DNA of 64,000 nucleotides from Lysobacter sp. (GTDB lineage Bacteria; Pseudomonadota; Gammaproteobacteria; Xanthomonadales; Xanthomonadaceae): contig JBOHYC010000155.1 in the NCBI GenBank assembly GCA_050737755.1, forward strand, positions 1,401 to 65,400, in the 5' to 3' direction. The position numbers were made by a program, and so were the translations under genes. Each line of letters starts with the position of its first letter. Positions within the stretch are counted from its first letter, which is position 1. Below the pieces are notes generated by a model, which was not told where the DNA came from, searched no databases, and saw nothing but the letters and a program-made list of their open reading frames with translations. Below are positions 26,787 through 35,871 of this stretch, piece by piece.

Positions 26787-26829
26787 GGCACTTCTGCGCC
26801 TACTGCGTTGACCCGCACTGCTGCGCGGG
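26787..26829 (-). promoter_or_regulatory. Tandem hairpins (core GCGC-AGNA-GUGC) in the capsid leader
   Basis: CCCGCGC-AGCA-GTGCGGG (26812-26829) and GGCGC-AGAA-GTGCC (26787-26800) just upstream of the capsid RBS. Confidence 0.6.
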
Positions 26830-26844
26830 GATCTGATTCGGTGT

Positions 26845-27063
26845 TCAGTCGGTGCGTGTGGGCACCGGGCGCCGGGCGATGGGATGCCCCGACGCAGGGC
26901 CCACGGTCTGGCCGTGGGCCTTGGTGATCGTTACCGGCGAGTCGCAGGCGATCGCCACGCGGGACCGCCTGCCGGACTTCTCGATGAACTCGATCGACGC
27001 ACCCGCGCCCGCGGGGATCAGCACGACGTCCCCGGCCTCGAGCGTGGTATGCAGCTTTCGCAT
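26845..27063 (-). CDS. CsrA-fold-like small protein (72 aa)
   Basis: Aligns by eye with E. coli CsrA over residues 1-44 with one small gap. Confidence 0.55.
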   Translation of the reverse strand: MRKLHTTLEAGDVVLIPAGAGASIEFIEKSGRRSRVAIACDSPVTITKAHGQTVGPASGHPIARRPVPTRTD

Positions 27064-27066
27064 CGG

Positions 27067-28050
27067 TCAGCCCAGGAACGCGCCAGGCGTGCCGCGCAGG
27101 ATCGCGTCGCGCTCGGCCTCGCTCTTGCCGGCCAGCATCGTTTCGATGTCCTCGATGTCGCTGACCTCGGCCATCGCTTCGGTGGTGGTGCGGGAGCCCG
27201 GCTCAGCCGCCGAAGGCGCCGCCGACAGGCCCTGCGGCACATTGCCCAGGGGCGGTGTGCGATCCGGCTTCGGGGCAGTCGCGGCGGCCGGTGCTGGCGT
27301 GGCAGCGGCACCACCGGGCAACATGCCGGCGGCGACCAGCTTCGCGCGTGCACCCACCATCACATCCCAGTCGGTCACGGCGCGCTTCTCGGCGGCGGCT
27401 TCGTTCACCACCTCCTGCATGCCCGCCTCCCAGGCGGCGAACAGGATGCCGTTGGCGCGGATCGCGGTGTTGGCGGTATCAGCGAAGAACTGCGTCTGCA
27501 GGTACGCCCACGACTGGTCCGCGTTCTGCTGGCTCAGTTCGGCGCGGGTGCGGGCGTTGGCCTGCTCGATGCGCAGGCCGATCTTCGCTTCCTGCAGCTC
27601 CTCGTAGGCGGTCTCGTAGGCCTCGTCCTCGATATCGCCGGCGCCGTGCTTGGTGCGCAGGTCCTTGAGCTTGGTCGACACCTCGCCCAGTTCGGCATCG
27701 AAGTCGCGCTGGTCGCCCGCATAGGTCGGGACGAACACCGCCGGCGGCGGCGAGGCAGCTGGCGCGGATGCTGTAGGCACATCGCCCGCGGGGGTATCGG
27801 CAGTTGCAGTTGCAGCCGCGGCCGCGGCCGCGTCGGCGTCAGCCGCTGGAGCCGCAGGCGCATCTGCAAGAGGGGCGGCCGGCGCGTCGCCGGTCTTGCC
27901 AGCATCCGCGGCACCAGCGGCAGCGTCGCCGGCAGCGGCATCGCCCGCAGGCGCGTCATCAGGCTTCATGGCCGCGGCTTCAGCCTCGGTCAGGTCCAGT
28001 TCGTTGTTGGCCAGCGCGTTGTCCGGCTGTGCGTTGTCAGGCGACGGCAT
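27067..28050 (-). CDS. Capsid scaffolding protein (327 aa)
   Basis: Acidic, Ala-rich, coiled-coil; lies between portal and capsid. Confidence 0.75.
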   Translation of the reverse strand: MPSPDNAQPDNALANNELDLTEAEAAAMKPDDAPAGDAAAGDAAAGAADAGKTGDAPAAPLADAPAAPAADADAAAAAAATATADTPAGDVPTASAPAASPPPAVFVPTYAGDQRDFDAELGEVSTKLKDLRTKHGAGDIEDEAYETAYEELQEAKIGLRIEQANARTRAELSQQNADQSWAYLQTQFFADTANTAIRANGILFAAWEAGMQEVVNEAAAEKRAVTDWDVMVGARAKLVAAGMLPGGAAATPAPAAATAPKPDRTPPLGNVPQGLSAAPSAAEPGSRTTTEAMAEVSDIEDIETMLAGKSEAERDAILRGTPGAFLG

Positions 28051-30211
28051 CAGTTGCTTCCTCTGGTGGTTGGGTGGTGCTCAGCAATCGGTCGGCGGCC
28101 GGTGCCAGCGGCAACAGCACATCCAGCAGCTCCGCCAACTTCAGCGACGCGGCCTTGGTGTTGATTCCGGTGCCCTTCGTTTTGGCGATCAGCTCATCGG
28201 CCTTCGCCTGGTCCAGCCCGACCTTGGCCAAGCGCTCGCGCATGGTCAGGTCGCGGTCGGCCTGCTCGGCTTCTCGCTTGGCGACCATCTCGGGCGTTTC
28301 CTCGCCGTCGTCGCCGGACTGGCCGTTGATCTGGCGGATGCGCTTCACGATCTCGTCCTTGCCCGGCACGTCGGTCATCTCGAACGCCATGTCCAGCAGC
28401 TGGATCGCGTAGTCGGGCGGCAACTTGCCCAGCATCTCGAAGAACTGTTCCGCGTAGGCCTGGCGCATCGACTCGCGGAAGTCCTGCTGGTCGACCACGA
28501 AGTCGGCGTGACTCTTGGTGATGTCGTTCTGGACCTCCCACTGCCCGGTCAGCGAGTCCAGCCGCACCTCGTTGATCAGGCGCCAGTCGACGCCACGGCG
28601 CTCGCCGACGATGCGGAACTGGCGCTGCTGGGTCATGTACTGCTCGACCAGCGAAAGCTGCTTCTCGCAGCTGCACTGGATGCCCAGGCGGTAGTTGTCG
28701 AACAGCTCGGCCGTGGTGACCGCGCCTTCTTGCTGCTTGGCCAGGATCGCCCTGCCGCTGGTCGCGTTGGTCTCGCGTCCCAGCAGCTCGCGGTTCACGC
28801 CGCTGCCGTCGTGGATGTGGGCTGCATCGAGCTCCAGCAGCTGGATCTGCGCGTCGGCCACGTCCATGTTGCGCTCGACCTTCACCCGGCCGCCGGAGAG
28901 CGCGCCGTCGGCGAACTTGAGCACGCCGTTGGGCTTGGCGATCTCGCGCTTGATCTCTTCCAGGTTGTCCTCGTCGATCGCAGAGTCTTCGTAGAACAGC
29001 TGGTTGCAGGACAGCGCCCACAGCAGCTTGCTCATGCGCTTGTTGAGGTCTTCCTGCGAGTCGCGAATGCCGCGCACCACGCCGTACGGCATCCCGTCGC
29101 GGTTGCGGCGGTAGCACCAGTACGGGGTGAACGGCAGCTGCCCGTGCTTGAACGGGCTCTTGCTGAGCTGCAGCAAGCCTTCCTCGGTGAAGATCGCGCA
29201 CCAGATCTGTTCGCTGATCGCGTCCGTCAGGCTGAAGATATTGCCGTTGTTGTCGATCGACGCCTTCGCGTCCTGGTGTTCCTCGTTCTGCGGGTCGTAT
29301 TCCACGCCCGCGAACCCCGGGCCCCACAGCTTCTTCACCGCGACCGGCTTGCGGAACCAGCACTCCAGCATCCGCACTCGCAGGCGCATGCGGCTGTCCA
29401 CCGACACCCGTCCGCCAATCCGCTTGCCGCTGAGCTCGTGGCCGCGGCTGTCGTACTTGCGGAAGACCTGCGGCAGGTCCAGCTCTTCCTCGCCGTAGTC
29501 GTCGGTGTACAGATGGTCGCGGGCGGCCCGGCGGACCAGCTCGACCCGGCCCGGCACCATCGCCTCGGCGTACTCGAGGTCGACGTACTTCTGGCGGATC
29601 ACGAAGCGCGCATCGCTCAGGTCATCGGCGCGGCTGTATGGGTCCCACCACATGTGCCGCCACGGCACGTGCTTCACCATCACCGGCTCTTCGGCGCGGT
29701 CAGTGCGGATGGTCTCCTCGGTCCAGCCGACGCCGCTGATGGCGGCATCCTTGAACGCCTTGCTGCGCTCCCACGGCACCCGATTGGTGTCGCTCAGGTA
29801 CTTCAGCAGTTCGCCCTTGACCTCGGCCAGGTCGACGTCGTCCTCGGTGCGCGGGTGCACGGCGCCATCGATGCGGGTCCGGCGCTCGGTGCCGATGATC
29901 CAGTCGAGCGCCATCTTGATCTTGTTGTAGGTCAGCGGAGCCTGGTGGCGTGCCGCCAGTACCTGCTGGTCCTCGATCGACCACTGGATGTGGTCGTAGA
30001 AGTCGTAGTCCTGCTGCTGCTCCAAGCGGTTGTCGAACTGCGCGTCCATGCCCGTGTACCACCAGTCCAGCAGGCGCGCATGGATGCGCAGCGCCTCGGG
30101 GCTGTCCAGCGGGTGGGTTGGGACCTCGATGCTGGCCGGCTCCCCCAGCTCGGCTGCGTACGCGGGCTGGTGTGCCGCCGCGCCGCGCACGTTCTCGATC
30201 GCTGCTGCCAT
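28037..30211 (-). CDS. Portal protein (724 aa)
   Basis: DYDFYDHIQW..PLTYNKIK..WIIGTE and PFTPYWCYR..GMPYGVVRGIRDSQEDLNKR motifs of podophage portals. Confidence 0.9.
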   Translation of the reverse strand: MAAAIENVRGAAAHQPAYAAELGEPASIEVPTHPLDSPEALRIHARLLDWWYTGMDAQFDNRLEQQQDYDFYDHIQWSIEDQQVLAARHQAPLTYNKIKMALDWIIGTERRTRIDGAVHPRTEDDVDLAEVKGELLKYLSDTNRVPWERSKAFKDAAISGVGWTEETIRTDRAEEPVMVKHVPWRHMWWDPYSRADDLSDARFVIRQKYVDLEYAEAMVPGRVELVRRAARDHLYTDDYGEEELDLPQVFRKYDSRGHELSGKRIGGRVSVDSRMRLRVRMLECWFRKPVAVKKLWGPGFAGVEYDPQNEEHQDAKASIDNNGNIFSLTDAISEQIWCAIFTEEGLLQLSKSPFKHGQLPFTPYWCYRRNRDGMPYGVVRGIRDSQEDLNKRMSKLLWALSCNQLFYEDSAIDEDNLEEIKREIAKPNGVLKFADGALSGGRVKVERNMDVADAQIQLLELDAAHIHDGSGVNRELLGRETNATSGRAILAKQQEGAVTTAELFDNYRLGIQCSCEKQLSLVEQYMTQQRQFRIVGERRGVDWRLINEVRLDSLTGQWEVQNDITKSHADFVVDQQDFRESMRQAYAEQFFEMLGKLPPDYAIQLLDMAFEMTDVPGKDEIVKRIRQINGQSGDDGEETPEMVAKREAEQADRDLTMRERLAKVGLDQAKADELIAKTKGTGINTKAASLKLAELLDVLLPLAPAADRLLSTTQPPEEATDAVA

Positions 30212-30684
30212 CAGATCACCTGCTTGCCGTCGACCTTCAGGGACATACCGGCCGCGGACATCTGCGCCAGCCACTGCTCGCGCGTCAGCTCCGGCGGCGG
30301 AGCTAGATTCTTCACGTCGTCGGCGAATTCGAGGATCGCGTCGTGGATCCGGTGCCGGTACTCGGGGACGTCCAGCCCGTAGAGCGCGACGGACGCGTTG
30401 GCCAGCCGGTTAACCATGTCGCCCAGCCGGTGGTGCCTGCCGCGGTCCGTGTCCTCCGGCCGGAAGATCCAGAAGTCACCGAACGGCACCAAGTACGCAG
30501 GGCAGCCCTTGGTCGGCGCGCCGGTGACCGGGTCCTCGGTGTCGACGGGCCGGTTCTCGTTGCGGATGTAGAGCGCACCGTCCTCCGAGCCCTCGCCGTC
30601 CAGCTTCACGTGCGTCAGGTACAGCGACAGGTCGCCCTTCTTGCCGCACCACACGAAGCCCGCCGGCGCCACCTGCGCGCTCAC
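30211..30684 (-). CDS. Hypothetical phage protein (157 aa)
   Basis: Coupled ORF between terminase and portal. Confidence 0.75.
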   Translation of the reverse strand: MSAQVAPAGFVWCGKKGDLSLYLTHVKLDGEGSEDGALYIRNENRPVDTEDPVTGAPTKGCPAYLVPFGDFWIFRPEDTDRGRHHRLGDMVNRLANASVALYGLDVPEYRHRIHDAILEFADDVKNLAPPPELTREQWLAQMSAAGMSLKVDGKQVI

Positions 30685-30926
30685 GCCAGCTCCCTCACAG
30701 CGGCCAGCGCCGCGTCCAGGTCATCGCGCACTGCCTCGGCCGCATCCTCCGGGCTCAGTACGTGGTCCGAGACGACGGTGTCGTGGTTCTTGCCGCCCGG
30801 CAGGAACTCCGCGTGCAACTTGGCCTGCTGCAGGTAATGGCGCACCAGTTGGGCACCCTCCATGCACAGCTGGCCCTCGTAAGGAACAACAGGGCGAGCC
30901 TCGGCGATATCGGAAGCGGTAGGCAC
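30681..30926 (-). CDS. Hypothetical protein (81 aa)
   Basis: Coupled ORF. Confidence 0.6.
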   Translation of the reverse strand: MPTASDIAEARPVVPYEGQLCMEGAQLVRHYLQQAKLHAEFLPGGKNHDTVVSDHVLSPEDAAEAVRDDLDAALAAVRELA

Positions 30927-30928
30927 GA

Positions 30929-31213
30929 TCAGTTCACCTTGCCGGCCGACAGCACGGTGTTGCTCTCGAGGATCTGCCGGCCCAGCAGCGTCTGCCCACC
31001 CACCGCCTCGCCGATGCGCTGGCGCACCGTCCTGCAGGCGAGCTCAGTCAGCTCCTGGCTGCCACGGTGGTCGACCATCGTGTTCGGGCCGTCCTGCAGC
31101 ATGAAAGTGATGCTGACCAGCTGCCCTTCCTCGTTGGCCGCCAGCAGCATGCCCAGCAGCTCCTCGAGCTCGTTCTGTGTCGGCGCGTTGCGCTCGCGCG
31201 TGGTGATGCTCAT
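30929..31213 (-). CDS. Hypothetical protein (94 aa)
   Basis: ATGA overlap with the TerL stop. Confidence 0.65.
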   Translation of the reverse strand: MSITTRERNAPTQNELEELLGMLLAANEEGQLVSITFMLQDGPNTMVDHRGSQELTELACRTVRQRIGEAVGGQTLLGRQILESNTVLSAGKVN

Positions 31214-32772
31214 GCGGTTCTCCAGCTTTCGTTGTGTGCCGGCTTCGTCGCTACCGCGCGGCCGGTACTGCTCTTGTAGTCCTGGGCAAACGTGCGGAAC
31301 CCGTCCGCCGGGTTGCTGGCCCAGTCGTGCTTCGGGTGGTCGGAGAAGCTCTGGGTCTTCTCGTGCCATTCCTTGTGGTACCGGCGCATCGCCTCCAGGC
31401 CGCCCTTGCCTTTGCCCTGCCCCGCACGCGGCGGGCCGCAGCGCTTCTTGTCGAAGCGGCACCTCGGCAGCACCTGGCGAACCATGTCGATGCCGTGGGT
31501 GATGTCGTCGATGCGTTCGCCGATCTTGATCGGCTTGATCCCCAGCCCTTCAGCAACCTGCTTGCGCGTCTTGCCCTCGCCGGCGGACCAGTCCGTGTTC
31601 TGGCCGTCGTGCGGCCAGTAGTGCTTGCCGTAGACGTACCCGCGCTCGCGCAGCACCTTGGCGAAGTGCGCGACTTGATGGCCGCTCGCCTCGTAGAAAT
31701 CGATGAAGTCGAACCAGGGCCCGTTCTCCTGCATGAACCAGATGGCCGTGGTGTCGCTGCGGCCGATATCCCAGAACGTGTGCACCGGCTTGCTCGGGTC
31801 GATCGGCAAGTCGCAGATCCGACCCTCTTCCGCAGCAGCCGCCATTTCCCGGCCGTAGTACGCACCGTCGGTGCTCGCCTCGAACGCCTCCTCCGGCGTG
31901 CTGGGGTGCTCGCGCAGCATCTTGTCGCGCTGCTCACCGGCCTTCTTGACGTACCAGGCCTTCTGCCCCGGGGAGAGCTTGACGCCCATCTCCCCTTCGA
32001 TCTTCGCGAAGTACTTCGCGTCCTCGTCGGTAATCGTGACCCCGTCGGGCTCCATCCAGTTGATCGGGTCCTGGAACCACCCGAAGAAGTGGAACTTGTA
32101 GTCCATCACCGTCAGCTTCTCGGTGCCGGCGCGGACCAGCTTGTCCAGCTCCATCGCCGTCTCGCTGCGGTCGTAGAAGTCGCCGCTGGCGCCGTACGCC
32201 GTGGATTCGATCACCACGATGTTTCCCGGCGCGATCGCGTTCAACGCGCCCGATGCCACCTCCCCCGCCCGCTCCGGGAACATCGCGCACATCGGTCCGT
32301 ATTCGGAGATGTGCAGGAACTGCAACGTGCCGCCGCGGTGCGACACCGAGACCTCAACGCTGCTGCCGTTGCTCAGCTCCAGGATGCCGGCATTCATGTC
32401 GCGACGTACCGCGCGCCGGTGCTGTTTCAGCCAGTCCGGCAGGTTGTCGTACGCGTACAGGACCTTCTTGCGGAAGAACTTGCCGGCGTCGCCGGCGGTG
32501 TGCGCCACGATGCCGGCCATCGCATTGGGCCGGAACAGGCACAGGTCCAGCGCGCGGATACACGCCCAGGTGGTGATCCCGTGCTGCCGGCTCTTCAGCA
32601 CCAGGTTGAGGTTGTGCAGGTTGTCGTCGAGCTCGGCCTGTACGTCGTTGGGCTTGAACAGCACCTTCCGGCCGTACTTGTCGACGATGTAGTACAGGTT
32701 GTTGAGCCGCCACCAACGGTCGCTCAGCCGATCGAGGATCCGGCTCGCGTCGTGGTCAGTGAGTTCGCCCAC
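31210..32772 (-). CDS. terL: Terminase large subunit (520 aa)
   Basis: VLKSRQHGITT Walker-A-like motif, LHISEYG Walker B, IESTAYG, WDIGRSD nuclease motif. Confidence 0.95.
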   Translation of the reverse strand: MGELTDHDASRILDRLSDRWWRLNNLYYIVDKYGRKVLFKPNDVQAELDDNLHNLNLVLKSRQHGITTWACIRALDLCLFRPNAMAGIVAHTAGDAGKFFRKKVLYAYDNLPDWLKQHRRAVRRDMNAGILELSNGSSVEVSVSHRGGTLQFLHISEYGPMCAMFPERAGEVASGALNAIAPGNIVVIESTAYGASGDFYDRSETAMELDKLVRAGTEKLTVMDYKFHFFGWFQDPINWMEPDGVTITDEDAKYFAKIEGEMGVKLSPGQKAWYVKKAGEQRDKMLREHPSTPEEAFEASTDGAYYGREMAAAAEEGRICDLPIDPSKPVHTFWDIGRSDTTAIWFMQENGPWFDFIDFYEASGHQVAHFAKVLRERGYVYGKHYWPHDGQNTDWSAGEGKTRKQVAEGLGIKPIKIGERIDDITHGIDMVRQVLPRCRFDKKRCGPPRAGQGKGKGGLEAMRRYHKEWHEKTQSFSDHPKHDWASNPADGFRTFAQDYKSSTGRAVATKPAHNESWRTA

Positions 32773-32778
32773 CCCCGG

Positions 32779-33378
32779 TCATCGTCGTGACGCTGCGGCG
32801 CCAGGCCCCGTATCCGACCCATCGACCAGGTCCAGCAGCTCGCCCATCGCCGTGTGCTGTTGCTGGATCGGCCCGCCGCCGGGCCCGCTGTGCTCGAGCT
32901 TCCTGGCAAACATGCCGAAGTGCGTGCCCAGCGTCTTCACCGCATCGAGCCGGCTGACCAGCTTGAGCTTCTTGGTCATGCCAATCGCCTCGCGGTCCTC
33001 GCCGCGACCGGCGTACTCCTCGAACATCTCCACGCCCTGGATCAAGCTGGCCTCTTCCGGCGTCAGCTCGCTCATTGGCTTCAAGTTGCCGTTGCCGTCG
33101 AACAGCGTGCGGATGTCGCCCAGCGCCATGAACGCAAGGCGGCGCAGCACCTCCTCCTGGTTCACCTCCACCTTGGCCAGCAGCTCGCTCTTGCGCTTGG
33201 CTAGGTACGCCTGCACCTCCGGTCGCGCCAGCAAACGCGAAGCCGCCGCCATCGCAGCTGCGCCCTTGGCCTTGTAGCCGGCGCGCTGGTAGGCAGCGGT
33301 CGCGTTGAAATCGATCAGGTACTCATCTGCAAAGCGCTGGTGCGCCGGTTGCAGCACAGCGAGGGCTGCTTTGCTCAT
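32779..33378 (-). CDS. terS: Terminase small subunit (199 aa)
   Basis: FADEYLIDFNATAAYQRAGY..ASRLL.RPEV; KLKL..RLDAVKTLGTHFGMF. Confidence 0.95.
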   Translation of the reverse strand: MSKAALAVLQPAHQRFADEYLIDFNATAAYQRAGYKAKGAAAMAAASRLLARPEVQAYLAKRKSELLAKVEVNQEEVLRRLAFMALGDIRTLFDGNGNLKPMSELTPEEASLIQGVEMFEEYAGRGEDREAIGMTKKLKLVSRLDAVKTLGTHFGMFARKLEHSGPGGGPIQQQHTAMGELLDLVDGSDTGPGAAASRR

Positions 33379-33393
33379 TGGATCTCGGTGATG

Positions 33394-33457
33394 GTCCCAC
33401 CGCTGCCGACTGCTCGATAGCGTCCGTGCTCCTGTTCAGTGGGGGCAGCGGTGGGAC
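33394..33457. repeat. Perfect 14-bp inverted repeat upstream of terS
   Basis: GTCCCACCGCTGCC (33394-33407) and GGCAGCGGTGGGAC (33444-33457). Confidence 0.8.
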
Positions 33458-33526
33458 GTGTCTAGATTTGCTGAAAGGCCGGCCGGAATCTATAGGCCGG
33501 CGCCGCGTCAGCCGGTCAGAAATCCC

Positions 33527-33727
33527 CTACTCAGCAGCAGCCCGATACCGCAGCTCGCGAACTACGCGGTAGTCGCGATTCTCATCGGACCATTGCATCG
33601 CGTGGACGTGCTCATAGCGGCCGGGGAAGTCACCATCGATGAACTGCACGCCATCGACGTAATGGGAGCGCAGGAACTTTCCTTCCATTGGGCCGTCAAC
33701 GAAGTGGGTTTTATCGTTCATGTTCAT
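33527..33727 (-). CDS. Small hypothetical protein (66 aa)
   Basis: ATGA overlap with the upstream gene; FVDGP.EG motif. Confidence 0.6.
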   Translation of the reverse strand: MNMNDKTHFVDGPMEGKFLRSHYVDGVQFIDGDFPGRYEHVHAMQWSDENRDYRVVRELRYRAAAE

Positions 33728-34173
33728 GCGTGCGGTCCTCGGTTGTTGAAGTAGGTAGGCAGGTACAGATCGCGCGGGGTGATGCGCCAGGCATCCACAC
33801 GCACCAGCGGCTCGCCGGCCGCATGGAAGGCGTGGGCGACCAGCTCGCTGCAGAACCACGTGTCTGCGCCCTGCCAGCGGCGGCGGAAGCCGATGCCGAG
33901 TACCCCGAGCCAGTCGTAGCCGGCGCCGATCTGGGCGCGAGCGGCGGCGATGACCTTCGCCGGGTCGCGGGCGGGGAACTCGACAATCTCGTATTCGCTG
34001 GACTCGGCCAGCAGGGCGGCGAGTGGACGGCATTGCACGCCGTGCATCGCTGTCGCCTCGACCACCTCGTCAGCATCCACGATGGCGCAGTGACTCCAAC
34101 GCGACCAGAGGAAGGCGCGCAGGAGCACGGTGCCGATGTGGTGCCGGCGACTGAACACCACGCGGACGGTCAC
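33724..34173 (-). CDS. Permuted papain-like NlpC/P60 (YiiX/YebB-like) enzyme (149 aa)
   Basis: WSHCAIV..EAT..GV, GAGYDW, WFCSELVA: His before Cys as in the permuted family. Confidence 0.85.
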   Translation of the reverse strand: MTVRVVFSRRHHIGTVLLRAFLWSRWSHCAIVDADEVVEATAMHGVQCRPLAALLAESSEYEIVEFPARDPAKVIAAARAQIGAGYDWLGVLGIGFRRRWQGADTWFCSELVAHAFHAAGEPLVRVDAWRITPRDLYLPTYFNNRGPHA

Positions 34174-34628
34174 GACGGCAACTCGTCTGGCTGGACCGGC
34201 GCGTCGAGTATTTCCAGAGCGCGGCCCAGCGCCAGCAGCCCACCTGCCTCCAGTTGCTCCACTCCGCCGCGCGTATCCGGCCGGTCGAGGTCCACGTAGT
34301 TCGCGTTGTCGACCTGCCGCATCATCACGCGGATGGCGGCGGCCTGCTGGCGCTGGTCCATTGACGCGGCAGGGTCATCGAGCGCGGCAATCTCCAGAGT
34401 GACCAGCTCGACCTGCGTGAATCGGTTGCGGAACGCCAGCCGAGTGACGTGGCGCGTCTCGGGGTCAGGCACCGGCGCGGCCGGAGGCGAGAACGTGGTG
34501 CCGTCATAGGACCACCCGATGCCGGGCCGCGGGTCCAGGTGGTCGATACGCACGCCGCCTTCCCATTCGTCGGCCACGACGGTGTTCACCACCACGCCCG
34601 CATCAATGACCGCGAAGATCGTCTCCAT
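34170..34628 (-). CDS. Putative fibre assembly/chaperone protein (152 aa)
   Basis: IGWSYDGTTFSPP then TRLAFRNRFT..E; follows a Gly-rich fibre gene. Confidence 0.65.
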   Translation of the reverse strand: METIFAVIDAGVVVNTVVADEWEGGVRIDHLDPRPGIGWSYDGTTFSPPAAPVPDPETRHVTRLAFRNRFTQVELVTLEIAALDDPAASMDQRQQAAAIRVMMRQVDNANYVDLDRPDTRGGVEQLEAGGLLALGRALEILDAPVQPDELPS

Positions 34629-34630
34629 GC

Positions 34631-35352
34631 TCACTCCCACCACGTCACGATGCAGATGCCGGAGCCGCCGGTTCCGCCGCCAGTTCCGGCAGTGCCGCCG
34701 GCTCCTATGACGACAGCGTGCCCTCCTGCGGTCAACTCAAGTACCCGCCGCGTAACTCCACCTCCGTTGCCGCCAACCGTGCCTGAGTTGGTTGCGGAGT
34801 TGCCGCCCCCGCCCCCGCCTGTGTTCGGGGCCGCGTTAGTACCTGCCGCGGCGCCGCTCCCGGGGTTGCCTCCTCCCCCGCCCCCGCCGGCAAAGCCGTA
34901 CGCGCCGGCGCCAGCACCCGCTCCTAGACTGGAGCTGCTTTGCCTGTATGCGCCGGTCCCTCCTCCTGGGCCTGCAGCCTCTAACGTTCCCCTACGGCCA
35001 GTAGTAGCTGGGTGTCGCCGGGGTCGCGCACATAGGAGTTCCCGCCGGCGCCGGCGTTGTTTCCACCTCCACTACCTCCACCCACCAGCAGCACCTCCAC
35101 CGAGCCACCGGCCGCGATCAGTCCAGCGGGCGGTGTGAAGGTGCCTGAGCTGGTGAATACCTGTTGCTTGATCTGCATTGCGCCTCCGCCTCCGCCGGCC
35201 GGGTCAATCCATGCCGCGTCAAAGTTGGTCGCCGACGCCTTCGCGAGCACCTGTCCCTCGCCGCCGCCCTCGGGCAGAGCACGCGAGAACAGCGCCTTGA
35301 TATCGCCGCCGACGACGGAGACCAGTGCAGTGAGTCGGGTCTGCAAGCTCAC
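34631..35352 (-). pseudogene. Gly-rich fibre/adhesin gene interrupted by a 1-nt frameshift
   Basis: Frame A stops at 34981; frame B continues Gly-rich to GGSGICIVTWWE-stop at 34631; one extra G in the GGGG run (34989-34992) restores a 240-aa ORF. Confidence 0.75.
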
Positions 35353-35355
35353 GGG

Positions 35356-35859
35356 CTACGCCTTCGCGGCGGTGTAGAGCGCAGCCAGGTCGGTTTCCGG
35401 GTCGCCGGACTGCACCAGGCTCAGGCTGCCCAGGTTCGTGTTGCCCTGGGCTTTCTGGGTGGAGTCGAGCGTCTGCGCAGCATCGAACCGGAGCCGGTTG
35501 CCCACGGCTGTGGTCAGTGCCGCGGCGACGCTGTCCTGATCGTTCAGTTCGGTGGCCAGCTCCGCCAGCGTATCCAGCGCGCCCGGCGCGCCGTCGACCA
35601 GGGCTGCGATCGCCGCGGTGATGGACGTGTCGATCTTGGAGCTGGACCATGTCGTTTCGGTACTGGTGGCGGCGTCGTTGATCGCACCGGACCCTTCCGC
35701 CAGCGTGCCAAGTTCGGCCTTCAACTCATTGAGCGCGCCGACCAGGTTCGTCTTTTCGGTCGTGGTTAGCGACGCCATGGTGCCGCGGGTGGTCAGCAAG
35801 TTGCTGATATCGGTTCCGACCGCAGTGATCAGCTCGGCAAGGCGGGTTTGCAGGGACAT
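35356..35859 (-). CDS. Fibre-like protein (167 aa)
   Basis: LVDGAPGALDTLAELA motif typical of phage fibres; N-terminus MSLQTRL shared with the next gene. Confidence 0.75.
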   Translation of the reverse strand: MSLQTRLAELITAVGTDISNLLTTRGTMASLTTTEKTNLVGALNELKAELGTLAEGSGAINDAATSTETTWSSSKIDTSITAAIAALVDGAPGALDTLAELATELNDQDSVAAALTTAVGNRLRFDAAQTLDSTQKAQGNTNLGSLSLVQSGDPETDLAALYTAAKA

Positions 35860-35871
35860 GATGTGCTCCGG

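Noticed and set aside
27896-32790. Plus-strand ORFs opposite the portal and terminase genes
   Set aside because: Antisense shadows of well-supported minus-strand genes
34449-35138. Pro-rich plus-strand ORF
   Set aside because: Mirror of the Gly-rich minus-strand fibre frame
34631-35352. Diversity-generating retroelement target
   Set aside because: No reverse transcriptase and no template/variable repeat pair seen in the window
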